DNA of 64,000 bases from Paraspadella gotoi (lineage: Eukaryota; Animalia; Chaetognatha), in contig CM119264.1 of NCBI GenBank assembly GCA_051294375.1, forward strand, positions 11,259,832 to 11,323,831, in the 5' to 3' direction. The notes below the pieces were generated by a model. It made no database searches. It saw only the letters and a program-made list of their open reading frames with translations, and was not told where the DNA came from. A program made the translations under genes and the position numbers. Shown here piece after piece: positions 21,261 through 36,200 of the stretch; position 1 is the first letter of the stretch; each line of letters opens with the position of its first letter.

Positions 21261-24200
21261 CGCAAAAACCCTCTCTTCTCGAGTCTTTTTTTTTGTTTCC
21301 TTCCCCGCCGTGCCGCCAGTCGTTTCGAATTTCGACCGCGGGAGTCGAGAAGATGCTTTATCCTCGTAAAGTCGTAACGCTTTCAAGTTTAGAGCTTAAT
21401 GTTCTACTATATAGCACGCCTTACTTAGTATTCGAAGAGTGCTACTTTTTTTTATAGAACTTACATATTTTTCGGTTTCGTTAAAGTAGATTAAAATGAA
21501 AAAAATTGATCTTAAAAATTTTTAAATTTGAAATGAAATATCAGCGATACTAATTTAAATTGCGAAGAACGTAATAAATACTTTATTATTTAAAATAAAA
21601 TTCAAAAGGATATCCGCTCGTTGACAGTGGCCACCCCATGGAAAAGTGAGTATGTGCCTTAGCTTATTTCAGTGGACCCCGAGAGAAACGAAAATCCATC
21701 GAAGCTGCTTAGCTGCGCTGCGGTTTGGTGCTGAGTTCCCAGCTTTCGCCGCAGAAATCTACAGCTGCTGTTCATTACCGATAGTCGTCACTGAGGTTAT
21801 TCGCTACCACGAGTTCCCTAGGGCCACCCAATCTTCAAGCCCCTCACCCAAACCGCGATTCCTTTCCCTCACCTTGAGCGCTTCGTGAATATAGATGGCG
21901 GTGAAGACGGCTGCGTAGGCCGAGAGCGAGGCGTGGAGGGAGGGAAAGCTCAGCCTGGCCTCGCGGTACCACCAAGAGTTGTCGGGTTGGCAGGACAACA
22001 ACGAGTCGGCCCAACCTGCCTGAGAATGGAATCGTTTTCGTTCACCTGCGGGAAAGAGTCGGGCGTGGCAGAAGGGGGGGGGCGGGGGCGGGCGGGGGAG
22101 CGGGGCAGGGGAATTTGTAAGGCGGGGGAAAATTTTAAGTTGCAAATAGTCGTCGGGTGGGAGATTTGTCACTTTAGATCGTCGATTTGAGAGTCGGTCG
22201 ATTTAGTTTGATAAATCGATTTGGAGCAGAGGAAACCATTTCGAATAAGTTGTACTAGTCTGCTTAAAAGGGCTTATTATTTCATTTTGACCGTCTGAGT
22301 AATGGTTTACTAAAATTAAAAGCAGCGCTTCGCGTCTCCTTATTCTTATTTTCGTTCCATGATAATTCCCGCAATGCCGCAGTGGAGAATTGGCTGATCA
22401 AGAAACGTACTTGTTATCGTATGACGACTGGCGCGCCACTGGTGTGAAGATATGGCCCCCCCTTTCCCCTTATTTTTTACAAGCTCGCGCTTCTCTCTCG
22501 GCGATCGAAAAAAGAAGCCGAGTGGCGCCGGGTGGCGCCGAGTCGCCGCGAGAGGGATTTCTCTTGTTTACCGCTTAATTTATTCATTCGAAATTCTCCC
22601 TAAAGACTTGAGACTCAACACGAAGCCGAAGGTTTGACAAACAGTTTTTTTGGGTTTTTTTAGTTTATATTGAAAACAATTGATTTTTAATAAAGATTGG
22701 AACTGTTTTAGCTAGCTCGTGTTCTCCTAAAGACGATTCATTGACCTAGGAGCTGAGTTGGAAGTATGACGTATTTATATAATTATATATATATATAATG
22801 AATCAGAGGACAGTCACAGTCCGTCAAATTCTCATAATGATTGACTGTAAACACAGCATCTAATTTAATAAAAAAAAAATGGCGGGCCCACTCACTCGAC
22901 CATTCAAACAACTGTGTCCTCTTTGTCCTCTGCGTTGAAAACAGTTTTGCAAATTCATGGCACAATTTACTACGCAATTAGTCGAACGATGTGGTAAATT
23001 AAACATAGCGAAAACGATGGCGCAGATTTAAAAAAAAAAACGAAAGAAACCAGGTAATTAAAGCCCTTCCCCTTGCCCTTCCCTTCCCCTTCCCTTCCCT
23101 TCCCTTACCCCGCCGCGCCGAAGCGATCGAAGAGGAACGACCTTTTTTTAATCGCGAAACCCAGATTAATAAAAAGCTCATGAAAGATGGATTGAGCCCG
23201 GCGCCCGATCTATCAAACTCCTCCTTAAAAAAAAAACCACCTGTGGGGAGAAGAAGAAATGGAGGTGAGGAAGGAAAGAAACGAAGAATTAAGAAGGAAA
23301 GAAACGAGGAAAAAGGAAAAAAAAAGGAAATAATGAAGGCGGAAAAAGAGAGGAAAAAAAGATGAGAGAAGAAATGAAGACAAAAATAACAGTGATTAAG
23401 AAAAACTGGGACTGAAGCCTCGAGAAAGGCGCGTTTAAAGGTCATTACATGAAAAGGGGGAAAAAGGGAATTTTGCCCACAGTTCAGAGGAGAAAAAGAA
23501 AAGATGAAAAGAAAATTATCAGTTAAAAAAATAAGGAGATATTTCGAGAAAGAAAGGCAGTTAAGGCAAAGGGGGAGGAGAGCACTTGAGGTGGGAAAAA
23601 CGCTGCGAGGGAAAAGGAAAAGAAATAAAGAAAAAAGGAAAACGAAAGGAGATTTGAAAGGAAGAAGGCAAAAATTCGCTTGGGGAAAATATGTACAAAC
23701 GATAAGCAATGGGTAAAGGAGAAAATAATGAAGGGGAAAAACGCCCCGAGATGAGATGAAAAGAAAAAGAACATACATGAGGAAACACGCTTTCAAATCT
23801 ATCGAGCAAGAAAAAAATAGACAAATGAACGCATAATGAGAAACGAGCGCTCAAGGCAAAAACGGAAAAGAGAAAGAAAGAAAGAACAATTCCAAAAAAA
23901 AAAAAAAAAAAACAGAGAAAAAAATGATTAGAGAGAAAAAGAAAAGTAAGACATATTCCATCGATCTTACTCTTCTCATATTTAAAGGGAGGAACAGAAC
24001 GGGAAAATAGAGAAAAAATAAAATGGTAGGAAACGGAAAAAAAAAAATGTGATAGAAGAAGTAAAAAGAAACAAACAAAGTTAAAGCTTGCCGATAATAG
24101 AAAAGAAAGATAGAAAAACAACAACAAACAACGAAACAAAAGTAAACCTAGACGAAGAAGAAAAGGAAAAGAAAAAAAAAAGAAAGAAAAAGACGAAACG

Positions 24201-25498
24201 ATCAAATGTTTAAACGGAAGGAAAAAGAAAAAAGAGTAAAAAAAAAATGAGGTGGAAAAACTCTCGCTTTTCCGAGGAGAGACAAACCTGATAAGGCAAG
24301 GTCGCCTCGATTCCTTGGTTCACTCAATAATTCATTAATACATTAATTAACTAATTCATTCATTCATTCATTCATTTTGTGATTAATTAATGAATTCATT
24401 CTTTCGGTGAATTTTTTTCATTTATTCCCTTATTCATTAAATTATTTTCATTCAACCTAATTCATTATTTAATTCTGTCAGGCGACTAAAGTCGACTAAA
24501 GTAAAGAGAAACAAACAGAAACAAAGAGACAAAGAAAATGGAAAAAGGAAAAACGCGAAGAATAAAAGAAGTACAAATGCATAAATCGAGATTCACATTC
24601 TTCAGTTGGAGACGAAGGTTTATTCGTTCTGCGTCGCGACTTTGGGAGACGAAAGAATTTGTCAAAGTGAAAGAAAATGAAAGGAATGATAACAATCTAA
24701 AGATAAGGTGACTCGTCAAAGAGACAAACAAACAAACAAACCAGGCGACAGTCGGCTAGCGCACAGTCCGTGCGTTCCTGGTTCAATCCCGCGTAACTCC
24801 GGCCTCCCTCTTAGTTAGCAAAGCGTGATGGTTCTGGGGTTTTCTTTTTTCCTTCTTTTTTTCTCTATTCTATTATGTTTTCGTTTGCTCCGACTTAGTC
24901 TATATTTGTTGATTATTTTCGCACCGAATCAACCTTGTTGTATTCGAATAAAATCGAATGTATTAATTATAAGTATGAAGCTCCCCCAGCGCTTGATAGG
25001 TGATCCGCGCCGTTGACATACGATTCCAATTTAAAAAAATTGCAATGAAAAAATTAAAACGTGACATAAATTCGTCTTTTAAAACCGGAACGGACGCCAT
25101 CTAGATTTTTTCCCCCAAGAACCAACAATCGCCTCCTTTACTTTCTTCAATATTTTGACCAGAAACGAAACTTGTTTACTTTTCCCCGTCCCCATGGAAA
25201 CGGGGTTTGTTTTCGACGACGCCCGACCGGAAAATTGGCTTGGAGAGTTGTTCGAAAATGGCGAGAGGATCGTTTTGGACGAAGGATCGGGTTACATCCG
25301 GGGCCAGTCGATTTAGCAGCGAGGAGAATGGCAAAAGAAAGGGAGAAGAGAGAAAGAGGGATAGAGACAAAGATAGAAAGGCTTAAGACTCAATCGCTAG
25401 TATCAAAAGACTTTGATCCCTATTTTTGACCCTGGCCTCGCTCGCTCTTATTCTTTCCCGTTGTTCCTCTTTTTAACTTGATCCCTCTTTCTTCAAAT

Positions 25499-25540
<42 letters not shown>

Positions 25541-25583
25541 TCCCCGCTCTCTCGTCTCCTCTCTCTTTTCTTCTCTCTCTCTT

Positions 25584-25627
<44 letters not shown>

Positions 25628-25653
25628 CTCTCTCTCTTCTTTCTCTTCTCTCT

Positions 25654-25692
<39 letters not shown>

Positions 25693-26650
25693 ATCTCTCT
25701 CTCTCTCTCTCTCCCGCCACGAAACTCATTGGACCAGATGCAGGAAACGAAAAGAAGGGCGACTCAGGAGATCAACTTCTCTCCGATTAGATTTAAATAT
25801 TCGACCGGAGGTTTAATGGGCACATATAGTTTTCGCCTTCATTTCCTCGCTCTCTCCCTTTCTCTCTTCCCGTTCGTGAGAAGAGGGGGGGGGTTGAGGG
25901 GAGTGGGGGGGGGTAGGATGGTGAGAGAGGTTGGGGATCACGGGTAGTGGGGTTAGGGTCACGAATTTCGAGGTGGGCAAACGGACGGAGGTACTAAGTG
26001 GTGATTTGAGATCCGAATAAGATTTTGTCGTTGTTGATGAAAGTCGGGAAATGGCGCGAGTGGGAGAGATTGCGGTGTGACGAGTGCTTTTTTAAAAAAA
26101 TTCCAAAGTTTGAAAATTCTCAAAAATTTTAACCGATAATCGATCCTGAGTTTGTATCACAATTTTTTTCGCTTAGAGTCGTTTTGAGATCGAACACGAA
26201 TACGAATCGTCAGCTTTTTTTTAGTGGGGGTGTAGAAAACGGGGGGGGGGTTGTTTTAGCCTTCGTCACACCGCAATCTCTCCCACTCGCGCCATTTCCG
26301 ACTTTCATCAACAACGACAAAATCTTATTCGGATCTCAAATCACCACTTAGTACCTCCGTCCGTTTGCCCACCTCGAAATTCGTGACCCTAACCCACCGT
26401 GATCCCCAACCTCTCTCACCATCCTACCCCCCCCCATCCCCTCAACCCCCCCCTCTTCTCGCAACGGAGAGAGAGAAGAGAGAAGGGAGAGAGCGAGGAA
26501 ATGAAGGCGAAAACTATGATGCCCATTAACCTCCGGTTCGAATATTTAAATTCTAATCGGAGAGAAGTTGATCTCCTGAGTCGCCCTTCTTTTTCGCCCT
26601 GCATCTGGTCCAATGAGTTTCGTGGCGGGAGAGAGAGAGAGAGAGAGATG

Positions 26651-26701
<51 letters not shown>

Positions 26702-26728
26702 CGAGAGAGAGAGAAAGAAGAGAGAGAT

Positions 26729-26759
<31 letters not shown>

Positions 26760-26761
26760 AG

Positions 26762-26810
<49 letters not shown>

Positions 26811-29800
26811 GAGAGGAGAGAGCAGAGAACGAAGAGAGAGAGGAGAGAGAGAGAGAGAGGTAATTTGAAGAAAGAGGGATCAAGTTAAAAAGAGGAACAA
26901 CGGAAAGAATAAGAGCGAGCGAGGCCAGGGTCAAAAATAGGGATCAAAAGTCTTTTTGATACTAGCGATTGAGTCTTAAGCCTTTCTATCTTTGTCTCTA
27001 TCCCTCTTTCTCTTTCTCCCTTTCTTTTGCCATTCTCCTCGCTGCTAAATCGACTGGCCCCGGATGTAACCCGATCCTTCGTCCAAAACGATCCTCTCGC
27101 CATTTTCGAACAACTCTCCAAGCCAATTTCCGGTCGGGCGTTCGTCGAAAAACAAACCCCGTTTCCATGGGGACGGGGAAAAGTAAACAAGTTTCGTTTC
27201 TGCGTCAAAATATTGAAGAAAGTAAAAGGAGCGATTGTTGGTTCTTGGGGAAAAAATCTAGATGGCGTCCGTTCCGGTTTTAAAAGACGAATTTATGTCA
27301 CGTTTTAATTTTTTCATTGCAATTTTTTTTAAATTGGAATCGTATGTCAACGGCGCGGATCACCTATCAAGCGCTTGGGGAGCTTCATACTTATAATTAA
27401 TACATTCGATTTTATCGAATACAACAAGGTTGATTCGCGTGCGAAAATAATCAACAATATAGACTAAGTCGGAGGCAAACGAAAACATAATAGAATAGAG
27501 AAAAAAAGAAGGAAAAAGAAAACCCCAGAACCATCACGCTTTGCTAACTAAGAGGGAGGCCGGAGTTACGCGGGATTGAACAGGAACGCACGGACTGTGC
27601 GCTAGCCGACTGCTCGCCTGGTTTGTTTTGTTTGTTTGTCTCTTTGACGAGTCACCTTATCTTTTAGATTGTTATCATTCCTTTCATTTTCTTTCACTTT
27701 GACAAATTCTTTGTCTCCCAAAGTCGCGACGCAGAACGAATAAACCTTCGTCTCCAAACTGAAGAATGTGAATCTCGATTTATGCATTTGTACTTCTTTT
27801 ATTCTTCGCGTTTTTCCTTTTTCCATTTTCTTTGTCTCTTTGTTTCTGTTTGTTCTCTTTACTTTAGTCGACTTTAGTCGCCTGACAGAAATTAAATAAT
27901 GAATTAGGTTGAATGAAAAAATAATTTAATGAATAAGGGAATAAAATGAAAAAAATTCACCGAAAGAATGAATTCATTAATTAATCACAAAATGAATGAA
28001 TGAATGAATGAATTAGTTAATTAATGTATTAATGAATTATTGAGTGAACCAAGGAATCGAGGCGACCTTGCCTTATCAGGTTTGTCTCTCCTCGGAAAAG
28101 CGAGAGTTTTTCCACCTCATTTTTTTTACTCTTTTTTCTTTTTCCTTCCGTTTTAAACATTTGATCGTTTCGTCTTTTTCTTTCTTTTTTTTTCTTTTCC
28201 TTTTCTTCTTCGTCTAGTTTACTTTTGTTTCGTTGTTGTTGTTGTTTTTTCTNNNNNNNNNNNNNNNNNNNNNNNNNAAAAAAAAAAAAAAAAAAAAGAA
28301 ATTCGGAACGTTTAAAGCCGGAAATTTAAAACTGATCCAGAATCCAAAAAAGAAATTGGCTTATAATTGGTTGTTAAAACAACAAATTGACAAAATTTAA
28401 AAAATTCAAGCACTGGAATCATAATGCTAAGTTATGAGCGATTTTTTGTCTCATTTTCCAGCAAAAACGAAATCGAATTTTAGCCGTCTCTGTCTTTTTT
28501 CTTTTGTCCTCTCTTTCCTCTCTTTATCCTATCTATTTTCTCCTCTCTCTCCTCTCGGGTCGGCCATTTAATGAAATTCAATTCCGCTCATTTAAAAGAA
28601 CCACCCACAACTCACAATATTCCTCCACGCCGATTTTTCTTTTTTTCTTTCTCAAGAGTTGAATTGAGAAGAATATTTTCTGAGCTCGTGTGTAAAATCA
28701 AATTAGGTTGCACTCTCTCTAGAATTGCGAGAAAATATTTGAGAAAGGAATCCTTTAATCCAAGTTGAAAACTATAGCATTGCGTTTTCAGATGCTCTCA
28801 CGTATAAAGGTTGATTGGGGTATCGTATCGATCGAGTTTAAATAATATTTTTTCTATTTTTTCATGTTATAAAAACCTCACGAATCTCCATCTATAATTT
28901 GACGCAAATCAGTTTTCATCTAACCTTGCAGATGGAGAGAAAGTAAGGTCTGGGCATTCCCGTCATGATTTTGATGAGGTCGGTGAGAATGAGGGTCATG
29001 AAAATTCCTGAAACGCAAAAAGGGGGCGTGGAGGGAAAAAAATAAATAACATTTTTCCGACCTTTCTCCATCACGGACTCCGTGATGTTCGCGCGTCGCA
29101 TCCAAATGTGACGTGATTCACGTGAGACGTATTATTAATCACAACTCACCCAGAGAAAAATTGGCGAAGAATCGAACTAATCTTTTCATGAAGAGAGGAG
29201 TTTGACATCGACGGCAGCAGGGTTCCCCCCTGAAAATTAAAAATGAAAATTTGATTTATTAAGGACAAAAAAGACTTTCATCGCTCTTTGCTGGGAATTT
29301 CGCGGATTTTCATTGCGAGTTGAAACGTGAATACTGATAGTGGGACAATCGAATTGGAGCCATTAATTTTTCTGAAACCACGGGCATTATCTATAATTAA
29401 TTATATGGTTTATATTAATAACATCAATTATATTTAAAACGAGAGATTGCTTTGGGATAAGGTGTGACAAAGGTGTTGGCATCTGTGCTCAGATGGGATA
29501 GCGGGACGGGAATCGTCATCTTGTAACGTCAAATAATGTAAATCTTGTGAAGTAAAATACATAAATTCTGCAATTTGTCGAAAAATTAATCACCGGGCGA
29601 GAAACTTTCAAATCCTTCAAATTCAAAACTTTCAAATCTTCGACGATTAAAAGGATTTTCCCTTCGCGTTGCTAAACTCGCCGACTTTTTATTGAACAGT
29701 CAACTCTCAACTTTCGCTTCAGCGCCCGGAGGTCTCGACTTCTCTAGAGCGCACGTCGTACGCTCGTACGTCACGACGATGAGACAACCCAGCCCCCGCC

Positions 29801-30604
29801 GCTCCTACTACCCGACTCTATTGCTGCTGCCCTCGCCGTGAATCGAGGTCCGATCGCGCGCGAGGTTGTTTTGTCCCTTGTTTACAACTTGGGACAAGGC
29901 GAGAATCACGCTCCATGAGCGGGAGATGAATTTACGAGATCGAACTCGGGATGGGGAGTCGCTTTTTTAAGGGGACGGTGAGGAAACGGAAATTATAAAA
30001 GTTTGCGTGAGATTAAATTAAGATAAAAAGTTATGTGAGAGAAAAAAGCAAAAAAAAAACAATAATATTGTTTGTCAATACATAATTAATAGGTTCGATT
30101 GTTAAAACAGTTAAAATATCAAAAAAACTATCACATAGATAACTAATCCACAATAGCCATTCGAGGCAAGATAGCTTATTTATTGAATAAATGGATAATT
30201 TTTAGGATGGTTGAACTAATATCAGACTCCTCGGGCTCATGTATGACGAGTTATCAGAATAAAATCTCAAAAACAAAAAAAATTGGATGTTGTATATTCA
30301 AAAGCAACTGATCAACTTTCAAATGGGCCGTTGTAAATTTAAAAAAACCTGCCGCAAGCCGGTAACTCACCAGGCTCATGCCTGACGCACATCCAGGATC
30401 AAATCCCAAATCAGGCGCGGGAAAATTTGGATGCGAACCGCGAGCAGGAGAGATCCCGAGATGAAAACTCTCATCACCCAAAATCCCTTCTCACATTTTA
30501 AAATCCCCCGAGCCTCTTTCTATTTTTCTTTCTTCTTCTTTCTTCTTTTTTCTTTTTTTTTTGTTTTCGACGACCGACTTAGTCGAAATGAAGGTGGATA
30601 AATG

Positions 30605-30694
<90 letters not shown>

Positions 30695-31963
30695 GAGGGA
30701 ATAAAGAGAAAAAAAAATAAAGCAAGAAGGAAGAAAAAAAGAAGAAGTAGAACAGGAAAGAAAAATAAATAAAAGCAAAACCCGAAAAAAAGTTATCAGT
30801 GGCGCTCGCGGGACCGATTGACCCAATTAACGTCGGCAATCAAAACAAAATGGCGGCCAATAAAAAAAAAACTGGGACGAGCGCGAACGCCGTCTCTCGT
30901 TTCACAAGTGGAAAGAGAGAAGAAGAGGGAAATAAAAACTCGACTTGGCCAAGGAAAAGGAGGAGGGAAAGAGAGGGGGAGGAGGGAGGGGAAAGGTGGA
31001 AGGGAACGGTGAACGGGGATCGGGGAACGGAGACGGGGGCGTGGAATCTTAAGAGGAGGGAAATAGAAAAAGCAACTTGGAAGCTCGACAGGTGGGAGGA
31101 AATAAAAAAGGAAAACTTGGAAAGTTGACAAAAGAAAATAATAAAAAGAATCTTTCCGGTGGTGAAAGGTGAGAAACGAAAATGTAAAAAAGAGGAAATC
31201 TCGGGGTGAGAGAAAAAAAATGATAGTTTGAGAGTTGAAGACCATATTTTTTTAAGAGAAACGAGATATATTAAGATCGTAAAAGTAAAATTCTAAACTC
31301 GAAATGGCGAAGCAGTCAATCAATCAATGAAATACAAAGAAACTTTCGCTGTCAAGATACTATTACTAAGAAAGAAAGAAATTCTCGGCTTCGGCTTCAC
31401 TGAAAAGTGGGAATAGAGAAGGAAATAAAAAAGGAGCAACTCTGCAGCGGGCGGGCGGCGGGCGGCGGGCGGCGGGCGGCGAGAGAAGGGAATTATGGCG
31501 GATAATGCGATCGGCTCGAGACAATGGCCCTTCGGAGGAAAGGCATTAAGATAAAGGGATAAATAGAAACGCAGACCCTCGCGCTTTTTAAAAATGCATG
31601 CCAACTACTTTTTTTTTCTCGATTTCTTCATTACTGAAACGGTTTCGGTAATAAGCGTAAACAAAAAGACGTGAATAATTAATTCGCGGCTTGTTTTTCA
31701 TCGTGAATTTTATCCATTATTTTTTTTTTTTTTGATGCGATGACGAAACAGTTGTAAGCAGGGAGTTTCGGACCATGACTTGAGAGAACGTTTAACCTAG
31801 AAAATGGTAATGAACCAAAAAAAAAAAAAAAACTTGGAGGGAAAAAAGAGGAGATGAAGACTTGAAGGACGGCGTCACCTTATTGACCCCGCGTTGGACG
31901 CCGAGGCCGACGACGAGACCAACCCCGACAGCGACGCCAATAAAGTGTCGAAGACGAAACTGA

Positions 31964-31996
<33 letters not shown>

Positions 31997-32085
31997 ATTA
32001 AACGACTCATCGCTACGAAGTTTCGATTTAAATTGAGAGATGAAGTCAGCAGAAAAAATAAGAAGAAAAAAAAGGTGAAAAAGGA

Positions 32086-32127
<42 letters not shown>

Positions 32128-33200
32128 AGAGAGAGAAGAGAGAGAGAGAGGAAGAGAGACAGTTAGTTCTCATCACTTGATTCGTTCATCGCAATTCTCA
32201 TCGTTACGATCAACGAGATAATCAACACAACGAGCGTAGTAACGCTCAATGACCATCGTCAACAACGACAACAAAAAAAAAACAACACTAATAAAAAAAG
32301 GAGGCCGTCGGCGGCGACGGTGTCAACTCGGAATCGATTTCTCTTCTTTTAACGACGTCGATTAAGCAAATGTGACAGAGAGAAAGAAACAACCGGAGAA
32401 CAACGGCGAGGTCGTCGTGGTTGACGACGACGACAAGAACGACGACGACGACGACGAGAACAACAACGACGACGACAACGACGACTTTGGCGACCATCGG
32501 CGTCGATAACAATAAACGCCGTTGACATCTTAAAAGTCAGTGACAGCGACGATGATAAAATGGGCAAGCGAGAAGAAGACAATCTCGATCACGCCGCCGA
32601 CGCCGCTTCCGCCAACGTCTTTTCCGTGTCAGTTTGTGAGAAGACTGGATCCAAGAAAATCCAAGCTTTCCACCTTTGAAGCTTGACGTGGAGAAGGCAC
32701 AAGCCTTTCCTTTCTTTTCCTTTCCTTTCCTTTCCTTTACTTTCCTATATTTCCTTTCCTTTCCTTTTTCTCCAACATGCACCACCTTGTCTGACTCAGA
32801 ATCGCTTTTTTTCAACTTCAAAAAGTGAAAAGACAAAGAACATTTTTATTTGAAAATAAAAATGGTTCTGCTCGATAAAAATGAAACTCGTAAATGCCGA
32901 TATCTCTAAAATACAGACGGCGACATATTTCTTTCCGAAAAAAACCGCCGCATTGGAAAAAAGATTGACACCCGCGGCCCCGAAAAACGTGGCACCCCTG
33001 GTGGCGAGAAAATGGACCGAGCCATCCGAAAAAAAAAGATCCATGCGCCACACGACGACATAAAAAAAAAAATCCGGAAAAACAAATAAAAAAAACTAGA
33101 GATTGACTACACTGTCAAGAAAAAAGAGGAAGAGGAAAAAGAGACCGAGGTTGTCGAGGCAAAAAAATCTCCCTCTCGAGAAAAGGATTCGCTTTTTATG

Positions 33201-33271
<71 letters not shown>

Positions 33272-36200
33272 CGATGATGCGGAGTGGCAGAGGGGGTTGT
33301 CGAGGTCTTCGGGGTGAAGTCGGTTGTGGGAGAGTTCGATCGATTTGCCGGTAGGTGGCGGTGGAGATGAGAGAATCCTTAGTACTCTGGAAAAGCTCCG
33401 ACGATTTCGTTGAGATCAAGATGAAGGACCACGTTGCATTGCAATTGCTTCAATTATCAGTTTGCGAGCGTTGGACTAACAGTATTTTTTTCCATTTCTT
33501 TGAGTTCTAGTAATTTTCTTTAGTTTATTTAGTAAGTTTATTTTATTTGGTCAATATTGTGGATAAAATTACTATTATTGTTTTCAGTAGAGGATTCTCG
33601 GTTCTCCGACAGGAGAACATTTTTTTAACAACCGCAATATACCAAGGATATGATATAGAAATGACTACAACCACTTTATAATAACCAATATGAAACTGGA
33701 TATATATTCATTTAAAAATGAAAAAAATTTACCTAAAGAGTCTTCATTTTATTTTAACTTAGATCTTTTAACATAAAAAAAACAAAAGGTCAGAGGGTAG
33801 TTAAGATTAAAACAAATAAAAACAAGTTTAACAATAGAATTAACAACGCCGCCCACTTAGCACCTTCGTCGCCAGACTGGCTCGAATTATATTTTTTTTT
33901 TCTGGACCAAAGAAAAATGGCGGTTAATGCGTGCGTATAATGATGAGAAAATGGGTCCTTCATGGCTAATGAATGTTAATGGATACGAACTCAATATCGC
34001 AATCTCTCTCTCCCCCCTTCTCTTTCTCTATCGCTCGTTATTTCTCTCCCTCCCTTTTTTCTCCCTCTTGCCTCTTCTTTTATGGTCGGAGATTTTCGGA
34101 TAGAAAGGAGGCAGAGACCCCGACGATTCTTTTTTCGAACTTGATACCAGGTGGCCTTTTTATTCATCCATCTGGCGACAGGTTTTTTTTTTTCGGTGCC
34201 TGCCTCAATAATAATGTGTTTTCTCATCGAAATCGTACAATCGTTGATTTATCTTTTTAATTATGACATCGATTACATTATTAATATGAGATCATTACTA
34301 AACAAATAAAAATAAATAAATAAAAACAAGTTTTCTATAAGAAGTTAAAACGCCAATGCAAAAAAGGGAGGAAAGAGAATGGGAGAAAAATATATAAATA
34401 ATTTGGATTAGAAAGGAAGAAAGAGCACGTTTCTAAGAAAAAAAAAACATTCCAAATAGCAATATAAGTTAAAACTCACTTAATTTAATGATAAGAGCAA
34501 GAATAAAATAGAAAGTTAGTTTGAAGACGAGAGCGAAAAGGAAAGATTTGGGATTAAGCGGAAAAGAGTCTCTTTAATGGTTACGTTTTACGGGAAGACG
34601 TTTCCCCATTTTCTCCCAAATTCTTTTTTATGCCACAAAAAAAAATCCATTCGCTTTAAACTCTGCGCGGGTTAAACTATTTTTTTCACTTTCCAACCGA
34701 ACTTTTCACTGACAAAAGACGAAACGGAGGTGTTAAAGTCGTTTCCGTCGTCGTCCTCGTCGTCGTTGCCGTCGTCATTCTCTTCCTCTTCATCGAGAGA
34801 GACGTTCTTATTTTAGAAATAAAAAAAAAGGTTTGATGACCCCTCTTCACCCCAAACAATGAGGAAAAGACTCTGCTTTCTATCCGACAAAGAGCAAAAC
34901 GCGCCAAAGAAATGCAATAATTGCCATCTTCATTTTCATTTTCTCTAATTGAATTCTTTAGATTTTAATTGTGGAAATGAATTGGGAGAGAATAAAGTTA
35001 AAATTAAAGAAGATGAAGAATAAACCAGAGGCTGCGCAAATACATGTAAATCGCTTTCAATGGCTTAAACTGAACTGCTACTATCGCACAAATAATCCCA
35101 CCCACCAATACATTAAACAAAGTCGCAATCTTTTAGCGGGCAAATGCACCATCCTGATCTTGCGTTCGGGGATCAATCCGGGCGGCTTCTAGATAGTTCT
35201 AGTGGTTGAAGGCGATCAACAATGATCCGAAGCTCTTAACGCACTGCGCATCACATTTTAAAAAGAATAATTGTTAAAGAAGCTGTTTAATAGTTATATG
35301 TACATTGTACACGGAGCTACTAAGTACCTTCGAGAGGCGCATTCACGCGACGAAAACTGTCCGACCGCCCGCCCGCCCGGCCCCGCCCGCCCGCCCGCGC
35401 CCGGCGACCGACCGACCTGTTCCTCACTTCGACATCCGTTCCCGCCTCCAAAGCAGTCGGATTCGCCTCGAGAGACGTATTAAGAAAGGGCCAGGTTCTC
35501 CCTAATTGAAAATTTTTTTTTTTTTTTTTCTAAAAATAAAATTCAAACAATTAAGGATCATTGCGGACATTGCAAATTGGAAAAGTATTAATTGAAAAAG
35601 AGCCTCTTTTTTCGGATTTCGGAAGCGCAAATGATTTCCGACGAGGGGCGAGGCCGCGGAGACGAATTAGGGGGCAGGTCGCTCCTTCTCGCGCCGACCA
35701 AGCCTTTCGTTTCACGTCGGCGTCGTCGTCGTCGTCGTGTTCGTTTTCGAGGTCGTCGTCGTGATCGTCTTCGATGTCGTCGTCATCCACGAAGCCGATT
35801 CGACGGGAAGAAAAGTGAGGAAAAAGAAAACGAAGATCGATAATGACGAAGACGAGAACAAAAGTGACGATAAATGCGACAGTAAGGATGACGACGATCA
35901 TGATCGTGAGGATTATTATTTAAAGACGAGAGCGATAAAATAGCGAAGACGTTGAAGATAGAAATAAAAATGACGACGCAATCGCCGATGATGATTAGAA
36001 GGACAAAGTCTGGCTGGTAGAAAGGGAACAACGGTGAAAAGGAGGAAAGGAGAAGAGGGCAGAACCAAAAAAAAAAAAAAAAAGAAAAGCAGCAGAATGA
36101 CCCTTTGGCCATTGTGCAAAGATGCCATCAATGATGGAAGGAATATCGGCCGAGATATATAAAAAGCCATTTCCATTCCCATTCGCGATATCTTATTTTT

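Noticed and set aside
24750-24800. Further tRNA-derived fragments (B-box ggttcaatccc at about 24780; similar signal at 35160-35255)
   Set aside because: No full A/B arrangement, defined ends, TSD or ribozyme core could be established.
31879-31959. Possible extra PLPPR cassette exon on the - strand
   Set aside because: Weak acceptor inside a (GTC)n run; the flanking exons already join into a family-like sequence.
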